From Eledone cirrhosa (taxonomy: Eukaryota), in the NCBI GenBank assembly GCA_964016885.1, contig OZ024760.1, positions 20,832,001 through 20,896,000 on the forward strand: DNA of 64,000 bases. Reading direction: 5' to 3'. Position numbers and translations under genes: made by a program. The notes beneath the pieces are model-generated. The model did not search any database. It was not told the DNA's origin and worked only from the letters and a program-made list of their open reading frames with translations. Shown piece after piece: positions 49,102-63,047 of the stretch. How positions within the stretch are numbered: position 1 is the stretch's first letter; each line of letters starts with the position of its first letter.

Positions 49102-50321
49102 CTAAAAATCATAAAACACATGTTTACGTATGTGCATATATGTGCATGTGTGTGGATAAGTGTGTACTAAGTACACATTCACACACACACATATACACAG
49201 AGAACAAAAATCATAATATAATTTTACTCTTAACGTCCTGTACCACATAAAACCACATTAGCAAGACATTCTTGAAAAAATAACCCCCAAAACAGCAATA
49301 TGACTGCATCACATTCAAAATTAAAATTTTCACAATATGTCCACTAGTAAAGGTACTACAAACATGAATTTTCAAATAACATTAGCAAAACATTCTTGAA
49401 AAGTATAAAACAGCATTATGACTGCATCACATTAAAAATTGAAGTCATTACTCTAAAACAGCAAATTTTCACAATGATCTGTCCACCAGTAAAGATACTA
49501 TAAACATTTAAATTAACGACCCACATGAAACCACATTAGCAAGACATTCTTGAAAAAATACAAGACAACATTATGACTGCATCACAAAATTGAAGTCTTT
49601 ACTTTAAGTTACTACAACTTTTCACAACAATATGTCCACTAGCAATGATACTACAAACATTTATATTATAAACAAACCAGATTTTTATATATTTTCTACA
49701 GAACGTTAAGAGTTAATATCATCAAAGCAAACATAATCATAGTTCAGTGGTTCTCTTGCTGAAAATACAAATCTTTAAAATAGGATTAAGAAAATACATC
49801 AATTATATAATTACATAAAATTAATTAAAGCATAATTAATAAATATTGATTTATTACAGTTCTGTAATATTGTTTTTTTTTAAAAGTTTATATTTTATTT
49901 GTTTTACAATCACATAAATTTACATTTTAACCGTTTAACATTCACATTGCTCTATACATACTATTGTATTTTCACATAAAAGACTTTATCTCACATAATA
50001 TCTAATCTATGAGATTTTGATATTTATTTTGAGAAGAATATCTTAACATCAGTATTAGCGGCCAATTACAACCAGTTACGACCAGTTTGAACAGAAAGAG
50101 GTGAGGAATTCTAGCCGGATACAGCCAGTTTAAATGCTAATGGGTTAATATTATGTATATATTTTTATAGGTGGATTCCTGCTGCATATTGGGAGGTGAC
50201 CACAGTTAAAAAAGGTACTCAATACGTTAGTAGAGTATAGGCATATTTATTTTATTATACAAATGACTCCTACAAGTTCTAGTCTTGTAGAAGTCATTTC
50301 TATAATGGAATATATATATAT

Positions 50322-50654
50322 GGAGGCACATGGCTTAGTGGTTAGAGCATTGGCCTTGCAATCGAAAGGTTGTGTGTTCAATCCTCAGACCGGGTGATGT
50401 GTTGTTTCCTTGAGCAAGACACTTTATTTCACATTGCTCCAGTTTACTCAGCTGTAGAAATGAGATGATAGGGACTGGGGTCCCTATCATTCCACTGCAA
50501 AGTGGTCGTGGAGGTGCCACGGCAAAAAAGCACCCAGCACTCACTGTAAATGAGGTTGGTGTTAGGAAGGGCATCCAGCTGTAGAAATCAAGCCAGAATC
50601 AGTTCCCGTCCCACCCTTGCAAGCAGGGAAAAGCGGACGTAAAATGAAATGATG
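50322..50654 (+). mobile_element. SINE family A copy
   Basis: Full-length copy. Confidence 0.9.
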
Positions 50655-51641
50655 AAAAAATGAAATGATATATATATATAATCTATAGGAAAAAGTATGA
50701 CCCCGACGGCAGAGCTCAAGCCGTTTCGTATGTATATATATATATATATATATATATAATGTATATATATACATACACACACGATTGCATTGGTTAGATG
50801 AGGTGTCATGATGTGAGGCTAAGCAAGTCAGGTGACTACATCCTACTCGTATAGATCTGCTTTTGGCTTGGTTTTCTACTCTCTCTTAATAGAAACCTAC
50901 AACCAGATGTGGGTGTATTCAGTCACTTAACACACACAAAAAACAAAAAAAAAACACTGGGCTGATGACCCTCCAGCTTTGAAAGACTTTAAACTCTTGG
51001 ACAAATACTTACAAACACACACACATTATTACAAACACACACGGGCGGTGGATTGGCAGTATCGGTAGAGAGTCAGACACCATGCTTTGAAGCATAGAGT
51101 TACGTCCCTTTATGATCTGAGTTCAAATCCCGCCGAGGTTAACTTTGCCTTTCATCCTTACAGGGTCGATAAAATAAAGTATCAGTAATGTACTGGGTAT
51201 TTGCTGGCCTTGTGCCTAAAATAGAACCAATTATTACAAACACACACACACATTTTTACAAACACAAGCACACAGTTACAAACTCACACACACACACACA
51301 CACATCCGATAAAAACCGTGTCATAATTTTACTGGAAGAGGAAAATGAAATCATGATTGATAAAGCATAACTTTCTCCACAGTGAAATGTTTAATTGAAC
51401 CCTTTCATAACTGGATTTCTAATGAAATAGGCTCTCGCTCAATTAATTAATTAATTAAGAAAGAAATATTAAAATTATAATTAACATATGGTTTTTATAT
51501 AAAATTACTATTGGTGCTTTTGATCCATAGAACCAGAGCTGATTGGTATTAAAAGGGGTAAATAAGAACCCATTAAAATGGGATTTTTGCCGGATTATCA
51601 TCAAAAGGGTTACATAAAGATATATAATTATATATATATAT

Positions 51642-51984
51642 CATGATCATCATCATTTCATTTTACGTCCGCTTTTTCCCTGCTTGCAAGGGTGGGACGG
51701 GAACTGATTCTGGCTTGATTTCTACAGCTGGATGCCCTTCCTAACACCAACCTCATTTACAGTGAGTGCTGGGTGCTTTTTTGCCGTGGCACCTCCACGA
51801 CCACTTTGCAGTGGAATGATAGGGACCCCAGTCCCAGTCATCTCATTTCTACAGCTGAGTAAACTGGAGCAATGTGAAATAAAGTGTCTTGCTCAAGGAA
51901 ACAACACACCACCCGGTCTGAGAATTGAACTCACAACCTTTCGATTGCAAGGCCAATGCTCTAACAACTAAGCCATGTGCCTCC
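51642..51984 (-). mobile_element. SINE family A copy
   Basis: Full-length; inverted partner of 50322-50654, about 1 kb away. Confidence 0.9.
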
Positions 51985-52635
51985 ATATATATATAACACA
52001 CTTACACAGACCCTTCCCACATATCTCTCTATATTTTAGTTTTATTCTAATTGAAACTAAAGTAGGTTGCCACCCTTGCTATCCTTAAAAGGTCTAGAAA
52101 AATGGAATATAGAATAAAGAAAATATACTTATTTATATATTTACATATTTATATATTTTCTATTCTATTATTCTGGGAGTAATCTAATTTTTTGTGAAAA
52201 AAACTGAATTTCATGAAAGGCTTTAATAAGTTAGAAGCAGAGAGAAAGAGAAGTTTGTTGTGTATGTGTGTGAGAGAGTGTGAATGAGTGTGTGTGTGTG
52301 TGTGTGTGTTTGGAGAGAGAGAGAGAGAAGGGTAGAAAAAGAGGAGAGGTATGAGAGAGAAGGGGAGAAAAGAGGGTCAGAGAGATGTATACATTCTTAC
52401 ATAGTATCCTATCTACATGTATACACATGCATGTGTGTATATACATGAAACCTTATATCTATATACATACACAACCGGACATAGAAGTACTAAAGTGAAA
52501 CAAGAAATTCAAGGAAACTGGTTATCATAACATTGTATATATGTATGTATGTACATTTATATATATATAAATGTCACAAGGCTCTGATACCATCAACACT
52601 ATAAACACAGAGCTGGCATATCTAAGAACTGACTA

Positions 52636-52687
52636 ACTGCCTGATGAGGTCACAGCCATTCAATGGCTATCATCGAAATATAGCAGT
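52636..52687 (+). ncRNA. Minimal type-I hammerhead ribozyme
   Basis: ACTGC-CTGATGA-GGT..AGCCATT c AATGGCT..ATC-GAAA-TA-TA-GCAGT. Confidence 0.7.
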
Positions 52688-52910
52688 AAATAAAGGATTA
52701 TGAGTTCATGCAATTGACTTATATTTCGTCACTATATATATATATATATATGTATACACATTTATATATATATATATATACACATTTATATATATATATA
52801 TATACACATTTATATATATATATATATACACATTTATATATATATATATATACACATTTATATATATATATATATATACACATTTATATATATATATATA
52901 TATACACATT

Positions 52911-52941
<31 letters not shown>

Positions 52942-53122
52942 TTATATATATATATATATATACATACATATGTACACATATATATATACATATGTACACA
53001 CACATATATATATATATATCGGCCTGCCCGCCCAGCCAGTGGGATGGCTTTATCGTATGGCTAAAACACCATGTGCTGTGACCAGCGATGCTGAATGGCA
53101 CCCGACAGACTGGTCGGTCAAG

Positions 53123-53158
<36 letters not shown>

Positions 53159-53944
53159 CACACACACACACACACACACAAGATGCAGAATTTGCTTCAA
53201 TCATTCCTGGTGGGAATATATCATCATCATTTAATGTCCATCTTCCAAGCTAGTATGGGTTAGACGGGTCCCATTTAAAGGTAAGTTGGGTTGGGTGACC
53301 ATGTCTCGCTCATATAGGAGTGTTTCTGGCCAGTTTTCTGCAGCTGGATGCCCTTCCTAACGCCAACCACATTGACAGTGTGTGCTGGGTGCTTTTTGCC
53401 ACATCCTTTACACATCCACTTTACAGTGTGGGCTGGGGGGTTTACTGTACATATGCTTCAGCTTGTGCTTGTGGGAAGTCGGGTCTTCAGTACTACTGCA
53501 TATCGCCAGAGAATCTGGTCATGTGTCATCTCCTTTGAGAGGTGCAATTGAGCAAGGTCAGCTTTTATCACCTCATCCCAGGTCTTCCTGGGTCTCCCCA
53601 CTCCAAGGCTTCTAATGACTTTGAGCACTCTGCACTTTTTTATGCAGCTGTCATTCTTCATACGCAACACATATCCATACTAATACAATCTCCTCTCTTG
53701 CACACAGCATTTGATTCCTCTTATGAACTAGTTTCCCTCTCAATTCCTTTAGGCTTCGCTGTTCTCACATATTACTATTACACATCCATCAGAACATGCA
53801 AGCCTCTAGCGTGGAAGATGGACGTTAATCGATGATGATGATGATGATGATGATAATATATATACATATTTATATACTATCACAAACTCACAACTATATA
53901 TTCCAACAAATACAGAAATATTTAAGCAAAACAATACTAAAACC

Positions 53945-53987
<43 letters not shown>

Positions 53988-54377
53988 TAGATATATATAC
54001 ACATCAAAGCAGTAGAATTTGCAAAAACTGGTTATGTATCTGCAATAGTAAAACCATTCTTATACATCATTGTGTATATAAACACACATACACAGACCCT
54101 TCCCACATCTCTCTATATATATATACACACACACACACATATATATATCTCCACAGATACAGAAATATTAATGCAAAGTATTAAACATTGGAGAGATTGG
54201 TTATATATATACATACATGTGTATATATATATATACATATACATACATGCATGCATATATATACACATACATGCATGCATATATATACACATACATACAT
54301 GTATATATATACACATACATACATTTATTTCATCATCATCATCGTTTAACGTCCATTTTCCACGCTAGCATGGGTTA

Positions 54378-54694
54378 TACATGTATATATATATACATAC
54401 ATACATGTATATATATATATATATATACATACATGTATATATATATATATATATACATACATACATGTATATATATATATATATACATACATACATACAT
54501 GTATATATATATATATACATACATACATACATGTATATATATATATATACATACATACATGTATATATATATACATACATACATACATGTATATATATAT
54601 ACATACATACATACATGTATATATATATACATACATACATACATGTATATATATATATATACATACATACATGTATATATATATATACATACAT

Positions 54695-54727
<33 letters not shown>

Positions 54728-55076
54728 CATACATACATATATACATGTATATATATACATACATATATACATGTATATATATACATACATACATATATAC
54801 ATGTATATATATACATACATACATATATACATGTATATATATACATACATACATATACATACATGTATATATATACATACATGTATATATATACATGTAT
54901 ATATATACATGTATATATATACATGTATATATATACATACATACATATACATACATGTATATATATACATACATGTATATATATACATACATGTATATAT
55001 ATACATACATACATATACATACATGTATATATATATATATATACATACATATATACATGTATATATATACATACAT

Positions 55077-55115
<39 letters not shown>
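54378..55115. repeat. Compound (TA)n/(TACA)n microsatellite; similar tracts at 10228-10645 (CA-rich), 52733-53018 and 62350-62972
   Basis: Direct reading. Confidence 0.95.
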
Positions 55116-55120
<5 letters not shown>

Positions 55121-55590
55121 GTATCAATATACATCAACAGGCAGATATATAAAGAACATTAACCCAAGAGGATGGTCTGTTTATAAACTGGCTATACATC
55201 TGTAAATAGTAAAACCACTCATGTATAGCAATGTATACATTTATGTGTATACATATACATCAACACATTCACACACCTATGTCTATTTACATCAACAGAA
55301 ACTGGTTATGCATCTGCAAGGAGTGGAGCTATTTTTATAGAATTCTATACATACATACACATGCATGTGAATATAGGCCTATATATATATATATATATAT
55401 AGAGTCTTACACACACATATATATATATATATATTGTTATACTTTGGGAGGGTCATGTTGCCAATAAGAAACACACGCACCAGTTGCTTTCACTTCAATT
55501 TATTATATATTTATAAATTTATAAATTTACAAATTTACAAATTTCTGGTTGGTTGGTTGGTTCCACAACCAGATAGTTGTTTATATATAT

Positions 55591-55635
55591 AGTCATAGTC
55601 CTTTCGTCACACACTCTGTGACCTCTTCAGTGACT
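55591..55635 (-). ncRNA. Minimal type-I hammerhead ribozyme
   Basis: AGTCA-CTGAAGA-G GTCACA gagtg TGTGAC-GAAA-GGAC-TA-TGACT. Confidence 0.72.
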
Positions 55636-57099
55636 GGGGATTCCTTTCTTCGTTTCTGTGCCTTTCCTTTCTTCTATCCTACGCGCCATTTTGTTTCTGT
55701 GTGACCCTCCCAAAGTATAACAATATCGGTTTCAACACACGATTTCAGATAAAGAATCTTGCTAAACAAATTCAGAAACGAAATATATATATATACATTT
55801 ACGGGAAGTGAGATACAAGGCAACAAAGCCACACATCTCTCCATCTCTCTTAACTTTTGAAAATCATGAAACTTGTGAAACTGGTTAAATTATAAATTAT
55901 TGTAAATAAACCTTTGGCGGTACTCAGTAACAGAGAAGACCCGCCTTACCTAAATATATAGTAAAACCTACTCCAGCCAGTAGGCATCTCTAACAAATAC
56001 ACCCCGTCCCACCACCCCCACCCGATCCACACCACCCCGTTCTATGTAAAGTTATGTTGGTGCCGCGCCATCGAGGCCGAAACAAATGAGATCGTGTAGG
56101 TGTCACGACAAAAAAACACACAGTCCACGCTGTAATGTGGCCGTGTAGGCAACACGGTAAAAACCTCCCAGACCCACACTGTAAATGTGGTTGGTGTTAG
56201 GAAGGGCATCCAACTGTGGAAAACCTGCCAGACAGTCCTATGCGAGCAAGACAATCACTCTTGCCTCAAGTGGGACTACCCCCGTCCAAACCCATGCAAG
56301 CGTGGAACACGGACGTTAAACGTTGATGATGATGATGATGATGAAACCTTCTTAAAGACTCCAATTGCATTTTTACCTACTTTTTCCTCCATTTTAAAGT
56401 CACTTGAAACCAATAAAAGTTCTGGTCTTGGGATAGACTGTAAACCTTTCTTTTTAAGTAAAACATAAGGCACATGAATATTACTTGTGCATTAATTACC
56501 ATGCTGACACAGACCTCATACACATTACTCCTTAATTACTTTTAATAAATTTCATTATTACCGTATTCCACTTTGCAAACGTTTTCTATAATATATATAG
56601 ATATGACTTCTACAGGACTAGAACTGTTTCATTTATATGAAATCATCAGGGATACCCTGATGATCTCATACCAATGAAACAGTTCTAGTTCTGTATAAGT
56701 CATATCTATATATAATAAAGATGCTTATACGCTACCAATGTATTGAGTACCTTTTTAAACTGTGGTCACCCCCCATCCACGACATAACTCAGGGAATCTT
56801 CACACACACACACACATATATATATAGTTATATTTTGGTAAGGTCATTTTGCCAGTATTGCCACTAAAAAACAGACGCGCCGTATGATTTTCACTTTATC
56901 ACTAGTTACTAGTAATATAGATAAAGTTAAAAAAGTTTTTTTAAATCTATGGTGGATGTATTTTTCATTGCCAATACTGGAAACTTGACCATCCTCAAAT
57001 ATAACAATATTGGTTTTAACACACGATGTCACATCAGGAATCTTGCAAAACAAATACATAAACATGTGTATGTATATATAGGGTGGGTAAAATTCCTAA

Positions 57100-57515
57100 G
57101 ATCCATGGACGAGTTCTCTCCAGCGGTCTCTGTCCTTCATCATCACCGCCATGTCCTGCGTCTCCAAGAGATCTGTCTGTCCTTAGGGCATCAACATATG
57201 TGACCATCGGTCTCCCTCTTCTAGTGTGTCCGTGTAGGGGTTCCCACAGGAGCACCGAGTGCAGTGTCAACTCTGAATGTCGGTGAGCATGTCCAGCTAA
57301 CCTCAGTCTCCTCTGTGTTACTTTCAAGCTGACTTTTGGGAGGCTCCCATACAGCTCTGAGTTTTTCAACTTCAGTATATACTGATTAATGTTCAGAGCC
57401 ATCCTCAGCATTCTCATGTAGCATCCATCCACCATCTGAGTGAGTTTCTTGGTCAGTGTCCAAGTCTCATACCTGTACAGCAGCATAAACTCCACTGTAT
57501 TATTGATAGCCACGA
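57100..57515 (-). mobile_element. RTE-like LINE ORF 3' fragment
   Basis: LLYRYETWTLTK...RMLRMALNI...RRLRLAGHAHRH...LLWEP..RRGRP. Confidence 0.82.
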
Positions 57516-58356
57516 GAAAAAGTACTCAATACTGAAGTAGAGTTCAAACATTCATTTTATTATGGCTAAGTGGTGAGTCTTGTTACTCTGGAGTTACACC
57601 TGTATATTCACAGGATCATCAGAGACAGAAGACTGTAAATATACAGGTGAAACTCCAGAGTAACAAAGCTCACTACTTAACCATAATAAATGAATATATA
57701 CTAATTATATATAATCTTTTTACTGGTTTAAGTCATTGGACAGTGGCCATGTTGGGGCACTCCCTTCAAGATACTCCTTTCATTGGACTTTATTATTTAT
57801 CAAATGGTTTTAAGTTTTACAATAGTTACATCTCTTTAACAGACTTATCAGCAGCAGGGTGTTTATACCTGGGTAAATACTAATACACTCATGACTATAT
57901 TATACTTGCATGGGTCAGCCATGTCTGTAACACAGCAGAGTCATATCTTGTCTCTCAGCCATACCAGAATTACCATAGACAACAGGTTTTAAAACAAGGG
58001 CTTTCCACAGCTTGAGAAGTACAATACTTCCTGTATCACATGTCAAACAATTTGACAAGGTTAAAGGGACTGTATGCAACCTCAAGTTTATGTCAAAACA
58101 ATTTAACAAACTCAAGGTGAATACAGCCAATAATCTCTGCATTTTTTCCCAGGCTCTGAGTAGAATGTTTAATGTGTTGAGAAAAAATATTTTAATTCCA
58201 AAGTTACAGTGTGGCATAAAAATATAGTGACGCTGCAACATTTCAAAGCTACAGTGCTGCATGAATACAGTGGCTGTTGTGACACCAATCAAGCCACACC
58301 ATCGCACAAATACAGTAAATGTACAACAACTTTTCAAAGCTACAATGATGGGTGTA

Positions 58357-58691
58357 TCATCATCATCCTTTCACGTCCGCTTTTCCCTGCTTGCAAGGGT
58401 GGGACGGGAACTGATTCTGGCTAGATTTCTACAGCTGGATGCCCTTCCTAACACCAACCTCATTTACAGTGAGTGCTGGGTGTTTTTTTTCCGTGGCGCC
58501 TCCACAACCACTTTGCAGTGGAATGATAGGGACCCCAGTCCCTATCATCTCATTTCTACAGCTGAGTAAACTGGAGCAATGTGAAATAAAGTGTCTTGCT
58601 CAAGGAAACAACACATCACCCGGTCTGAGAATTGAACTCACAACCTTTCGATTGCAAGGCCAATTCTCTAACCACTAAGCCATGTGCCTCC
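58357..58691 (-). mobile_element. SINE family A copy
   Basis: Full-length copy. Confidence 0.9.
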
Positions 58692-58798
58692 AAATACCTC
58701 TAAATTAAATATGTGTTTATATTTGTAAACATTGGTTACAGATAACTTTATCATGTCTTAGCTTTTAGTACACTTCTTACTATATATATATATGTATA

Positions 58799-58898
58799 CA
58801 GGGTGTCCCCAAAAAATGTAGGTACACTTCAACAGCATTCGAATAAATATTGCCTGTACAGGTAATCAAAGTGTGCATACATTTTTGGGGACACACTG
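58799..58898. mobile_element. 100-bp Tc1/mariner-type MITE
   Basis: TA|CAGGGTGTCCCCAAAAAATGTA...TACATTTTTGGGGACACACTG|TA; terminal inverted repeats with TA target duplication. Confidence 0.8.
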
Positions 58899-59757
58899 TA
58901 TATATATATTTATTATTAGTACAGATTAACCCTTTAATGTTGAAACTGGTCAGAATTCTCTACCTCTTTCTGTTGAAACTGGCAGCTCATACTGATGTTA
59001 CGGTATTGTTCTCAAAATAAATACTTTCAAAATCTCATAGATTCGATATTATGTGAGATAATTATACAAGGTAAAGCCTTTACCATGAAAATATAATAGT
59101 ATATATAGAGTAATGTGAATGCTAAAGGGTTAAAGTTCAAGCAAAGAATTTCTGCTTTCACCCTATTATGGGATCTTCTGCAACAAATATGTCATCACTG
59201 GCGGCTCACCTAACAGAGGTAACTGGTGAAGCTCGTGAAGGTGCTGTTCCAGTATATCAGCAGAGGTAACACAGTGAGGAGGTATTTCAGTACTCCTCGC
59301 GATATTGTTATTTTTTTGTTCTAGCAGCAGTTTGTTTGTCCACCCCTCTCACTTGCTTTTGTTGTCCTAGATGTCTGTTTTACCTGCTTGTAATGTTATC
59401 CATTATATAAATTGCATTTATATGTCAGAATGTTTTAATAAAATATATTTACTTTTAATATGTGTGTGTGTGTGTGCATTTCGTATATCTAAAGATATAC
59501 GGTATGTTTAATATATAAACATTTGGAAAGCCTCGGCTATTAATAGAAGACTGCTGCTGCTGCAGCAAGGGAGATAATTGTCTATGCTTTTTGAACTTAA
59601 ATGGTTCTCAACAAGACAATACTTCCTTCTTCCTACTGCTGGACTTTGAGACAGGCGAAAATATATAGTTATTTTTGTCTGTGTATGTGGGCTGCTTAGC
59701 TTCATTTGCATACGAGGCTGTATAGGTTGGCTCAACTTAAAATAGAATTACAATTTT

Positions 59758-59797
<40 letters not shown>

Positions 59798-59873
59798 CAT
59801 AATTAAATTTGTCACGAATATACATAACATATCAATGAAAAGAGATCACTAAAAAAAATCTCATTCAGAGAAG

Positions 59874-59915
<42 letters not shown>

Positions 59916-60191
59916 ACCACTCCCTAAATGGTGACCTGTTAGACAGCCTGTATTGACTGCTATTTCTAGTGGCCTTTTTAGGTCTGTCACTTCTTCGGTA
60001 TGTACAAATATTTACCTTGGTGGTGGATCTACGTATGTGTGCAATGAGAGATGGACACAATTTCTCCCAACAGGTATTTATATTCTTCTTGTACTTTACA
60101 GAATACCCTCTCATGATAGAGTTCTGACAATGATGGCCAAAGCAATCTATTCCAACGCTAAGACACATTCTTCAGTTTTAAAACTGCAGTC

Positions 60192-60594
60192 AGGGAATAT
60201 GTCTTTAAGGAAAGATACTTGTGGAGTGTTCTTTTTAGAGTACTTTACTGGGAATATGTCCCTAAGGAAAGATACTTGTGGAGTGTTCTTTTTAGAGTAC
60301 TTTACTGGGAATATGTCCCCAAGGAAAGATACTTGTGGAGTGTTCTTTTTAGAGTACTTTACTGGGAATATGTCCCCAAGGAAAGATACTTGTGGAGTGT
60401 TCTTTTTAGAGTACTTTACTGGGAATATGTCCCTAAGGAAAGATACTTGTGGAGTGTTCTTTTTAGAGTACTTTACTGGGAATATGTCCCTAAGGAAAGA
60501 TACTTGTGGAGTGTTCTTTTTAGAGTACTTTACTGGGAATATGTCCCTAAGGAAAGATACTTGTGGAGTGTTCTTTTTAGAGTACTTTACTGGG
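60192..60594. repeat. 57-bp tandem array, 7 copies
   Basis: GGGAATATGTCCCTAAGGAAAGATACTTGTGGAGTGTTCTTTTTAGAGTACTTTACT. Confidence 0.95.
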
Positions 60595-60827
60595 ATCTAC
60601 TCCTCGGTGATTTTCTATAAGATGTTCTATATATATATAATTTGACGTTATAATCCCTGAGCAAGACATGGTGACTTGATCTGGCATTGTCCACAACAGG
60701 ACAACCCGTCTAACCCATGCTAGCGTGGAAGAATAGACGTAAAACGGTGATGATGATGATATATATATATATAAAAGAAATATAAGAATAACTTAAAAAA
60801 AGATGCTGATATTACAAAAATCATTTA

Positions 60828-60905
60828 TTCATTACAATTATTTCAATGGTTCCCTTATGCAACCCCAGATTTGTTGTTGGTATGGGAACAATATCTTCAG
60901 ATGAA
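60828..60905 (-). ncRNA. Minimal type-I hammerhead ribozyme
   Basis: TTCAT-CTGAAGA-TATTGTTCCC...GGGAACCATT-GAAAT-AATT-GTA-ATGAA. Confidence 0.68.
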
Positions 60906-61122
60906 ATAACCGCTTATGTGATATGGTGCAGGCAAAAACAAAAAAAAAAAAAACACGCCCTTCTTCCATGCCTGGCAAGCATAATTATAATGAATAAACG
61001 ATTTATGTAATTTCAGCGTCTTTTTTAATGTTTTTCATATACTGACAGACTACGGATGTAGAGAGCTTTCTCCTGCTTTTCACCAAAACAACTTTTATTG
61101 AATATATATATATAGAGAAAGA

Positions 61123-61464
61123 CATCATCATCATCATCATTTTACGTCCCCCTTTTTCCCTGCTTGCAAGGGTGGGACGGGAACTGATTCTGGCTTGATT
61201 TCTACAGCTGGATGCCCTTCCTAACACCAACCTCATTTACGGTGAGTGCTGGGTGCTTTTTTACCGTGGCACCTCCACGACCACTTTTCAGTGGAATGAT
61301 AGGGACCCCAGTCCCTATCATCTCATTTCTACAGCTGAGTAAACTGGAGCAATGTGAAATAAAGTGTCTTGCTCAAGGAAACAACACATCTCCCGGTCCG
61401 AGAATTGAACTCACAACCTTTCGATTGCAAGCCCAATGCTCTAACCACTAAGCCATGTGCCTCC
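61123..61464 (-). mobile_element. SINE family A copy
   Basis: Full-length copy. Confidence 0.9.
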
Positions 61465-61937
61465 ATAAAATATTGTTAAGTTCGTCTGAAGCTGTGAGGT
61501 TCATTAAGTTGGTGCTTATCCTGGTTTCCTTGGTGTTAAGTGACTGAGATTACAAGACTTTCCTCCTGGATAGAGCGCCAGTCCATCGCAAGATTAAATC
61601 CCCAGCTATTACTGGTAGCTATTTTTAGCTGAGTTTACCTGAGCAGCATCAAGTGAAGTGTTTTGTTTGAAGCCAACCCATGCCATTATGACTAAGTCTT
61701 GCATATTGTGTGGGGCGTTTTGTATTTGTGTGTGTGTATATATATATATTTCTGAAGACAGCATATATATGTGAAGGTATGTATATTCCCTCTGATAGTT
61801 TGTATAAATATTGTACATAGATCTATAGAATATGCATACCAATTCTAACACATATATATCCTAGAAACGATCGTAAAATAATGAATTTTTTTTGTTTAAT
61901 ATAAGGAACTGTTTGTTTATTCATTATTTTTTTAATA

Positions 61938-61987
<50 letters not shown>

Positions 61988-62172
61988 GCACACGTTCAAG
62001 TTTAGAAGTTTCGGTTCAACCAACCTTGAAATATATGTGGCTCTGATATGATAACCTTGTAGCACCACTATATATACACATTATCACATTTTACACAACA
62101 CTGACTTCTCGCCACACTTGAATGTTTTCTATGATTGTGTGTGTGTGGTGTGTGTGTGTGGTGTGTGTGTGT

Positions 62173-62262
<90 letters not shown>

Positions 62263-63007
62263 CAATTTATTTTTAGAAACTTTGAGTGAGTTACGAATAT
62301 TTTGAAAATTCAGTTAACGGAGAGTTAACAGCTACAACACGTTTTTCCTACACACATATATATATATACATACATCCATCCATACATATATATATATACA
62401 TACATCCATCCATACATATATATGTATATATACATATACATACACATATATATATATACATATACATACATCCATATATATATACATACATCCATATATA
62501 TATACATATATATACGTATACATCCATCCACATATATATATATACATATACATCCATCCATATATATATATACATATACATCCATCCATATATATATATA
62601 CATATACATCCATCCATATATATATATACATATACATCCATCCATATATATATATACATATACATCCATCCATATATATATATACATCCATCCATATATA
62701 TATATACATATACATACATCCATATATATATATATATATACATATACATACATCCATATATATATACATACACCCATATATATATATACATATACATACA
62801 TGCATATTTATATATATATATACACATATACATACATCCATATATATATACATACACCCATATATATATATACATATACATACATGCATATTTATATATA
62901 TATATACACACATATACACACAGACACACACATTTATATACACACATATATATATATATGTATATATATATAAAAGGTACAAGAGATGAACCTTGAGTGG
63001 GTATGTG

Positions 63008-63047
<40 letters not shown>

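Noticed and set aside
50695-50732. Hammerhead half GAAACGGC..GCCGTC on minus
   Set aside because: The CUGANGA half is missing, replaced by (TA)n; only a fragment.
54217-55205. YI/HT-rich ORFs (also 10174-10712 and 62286-63051)
   Set aside because: Microsatellite artefacts.
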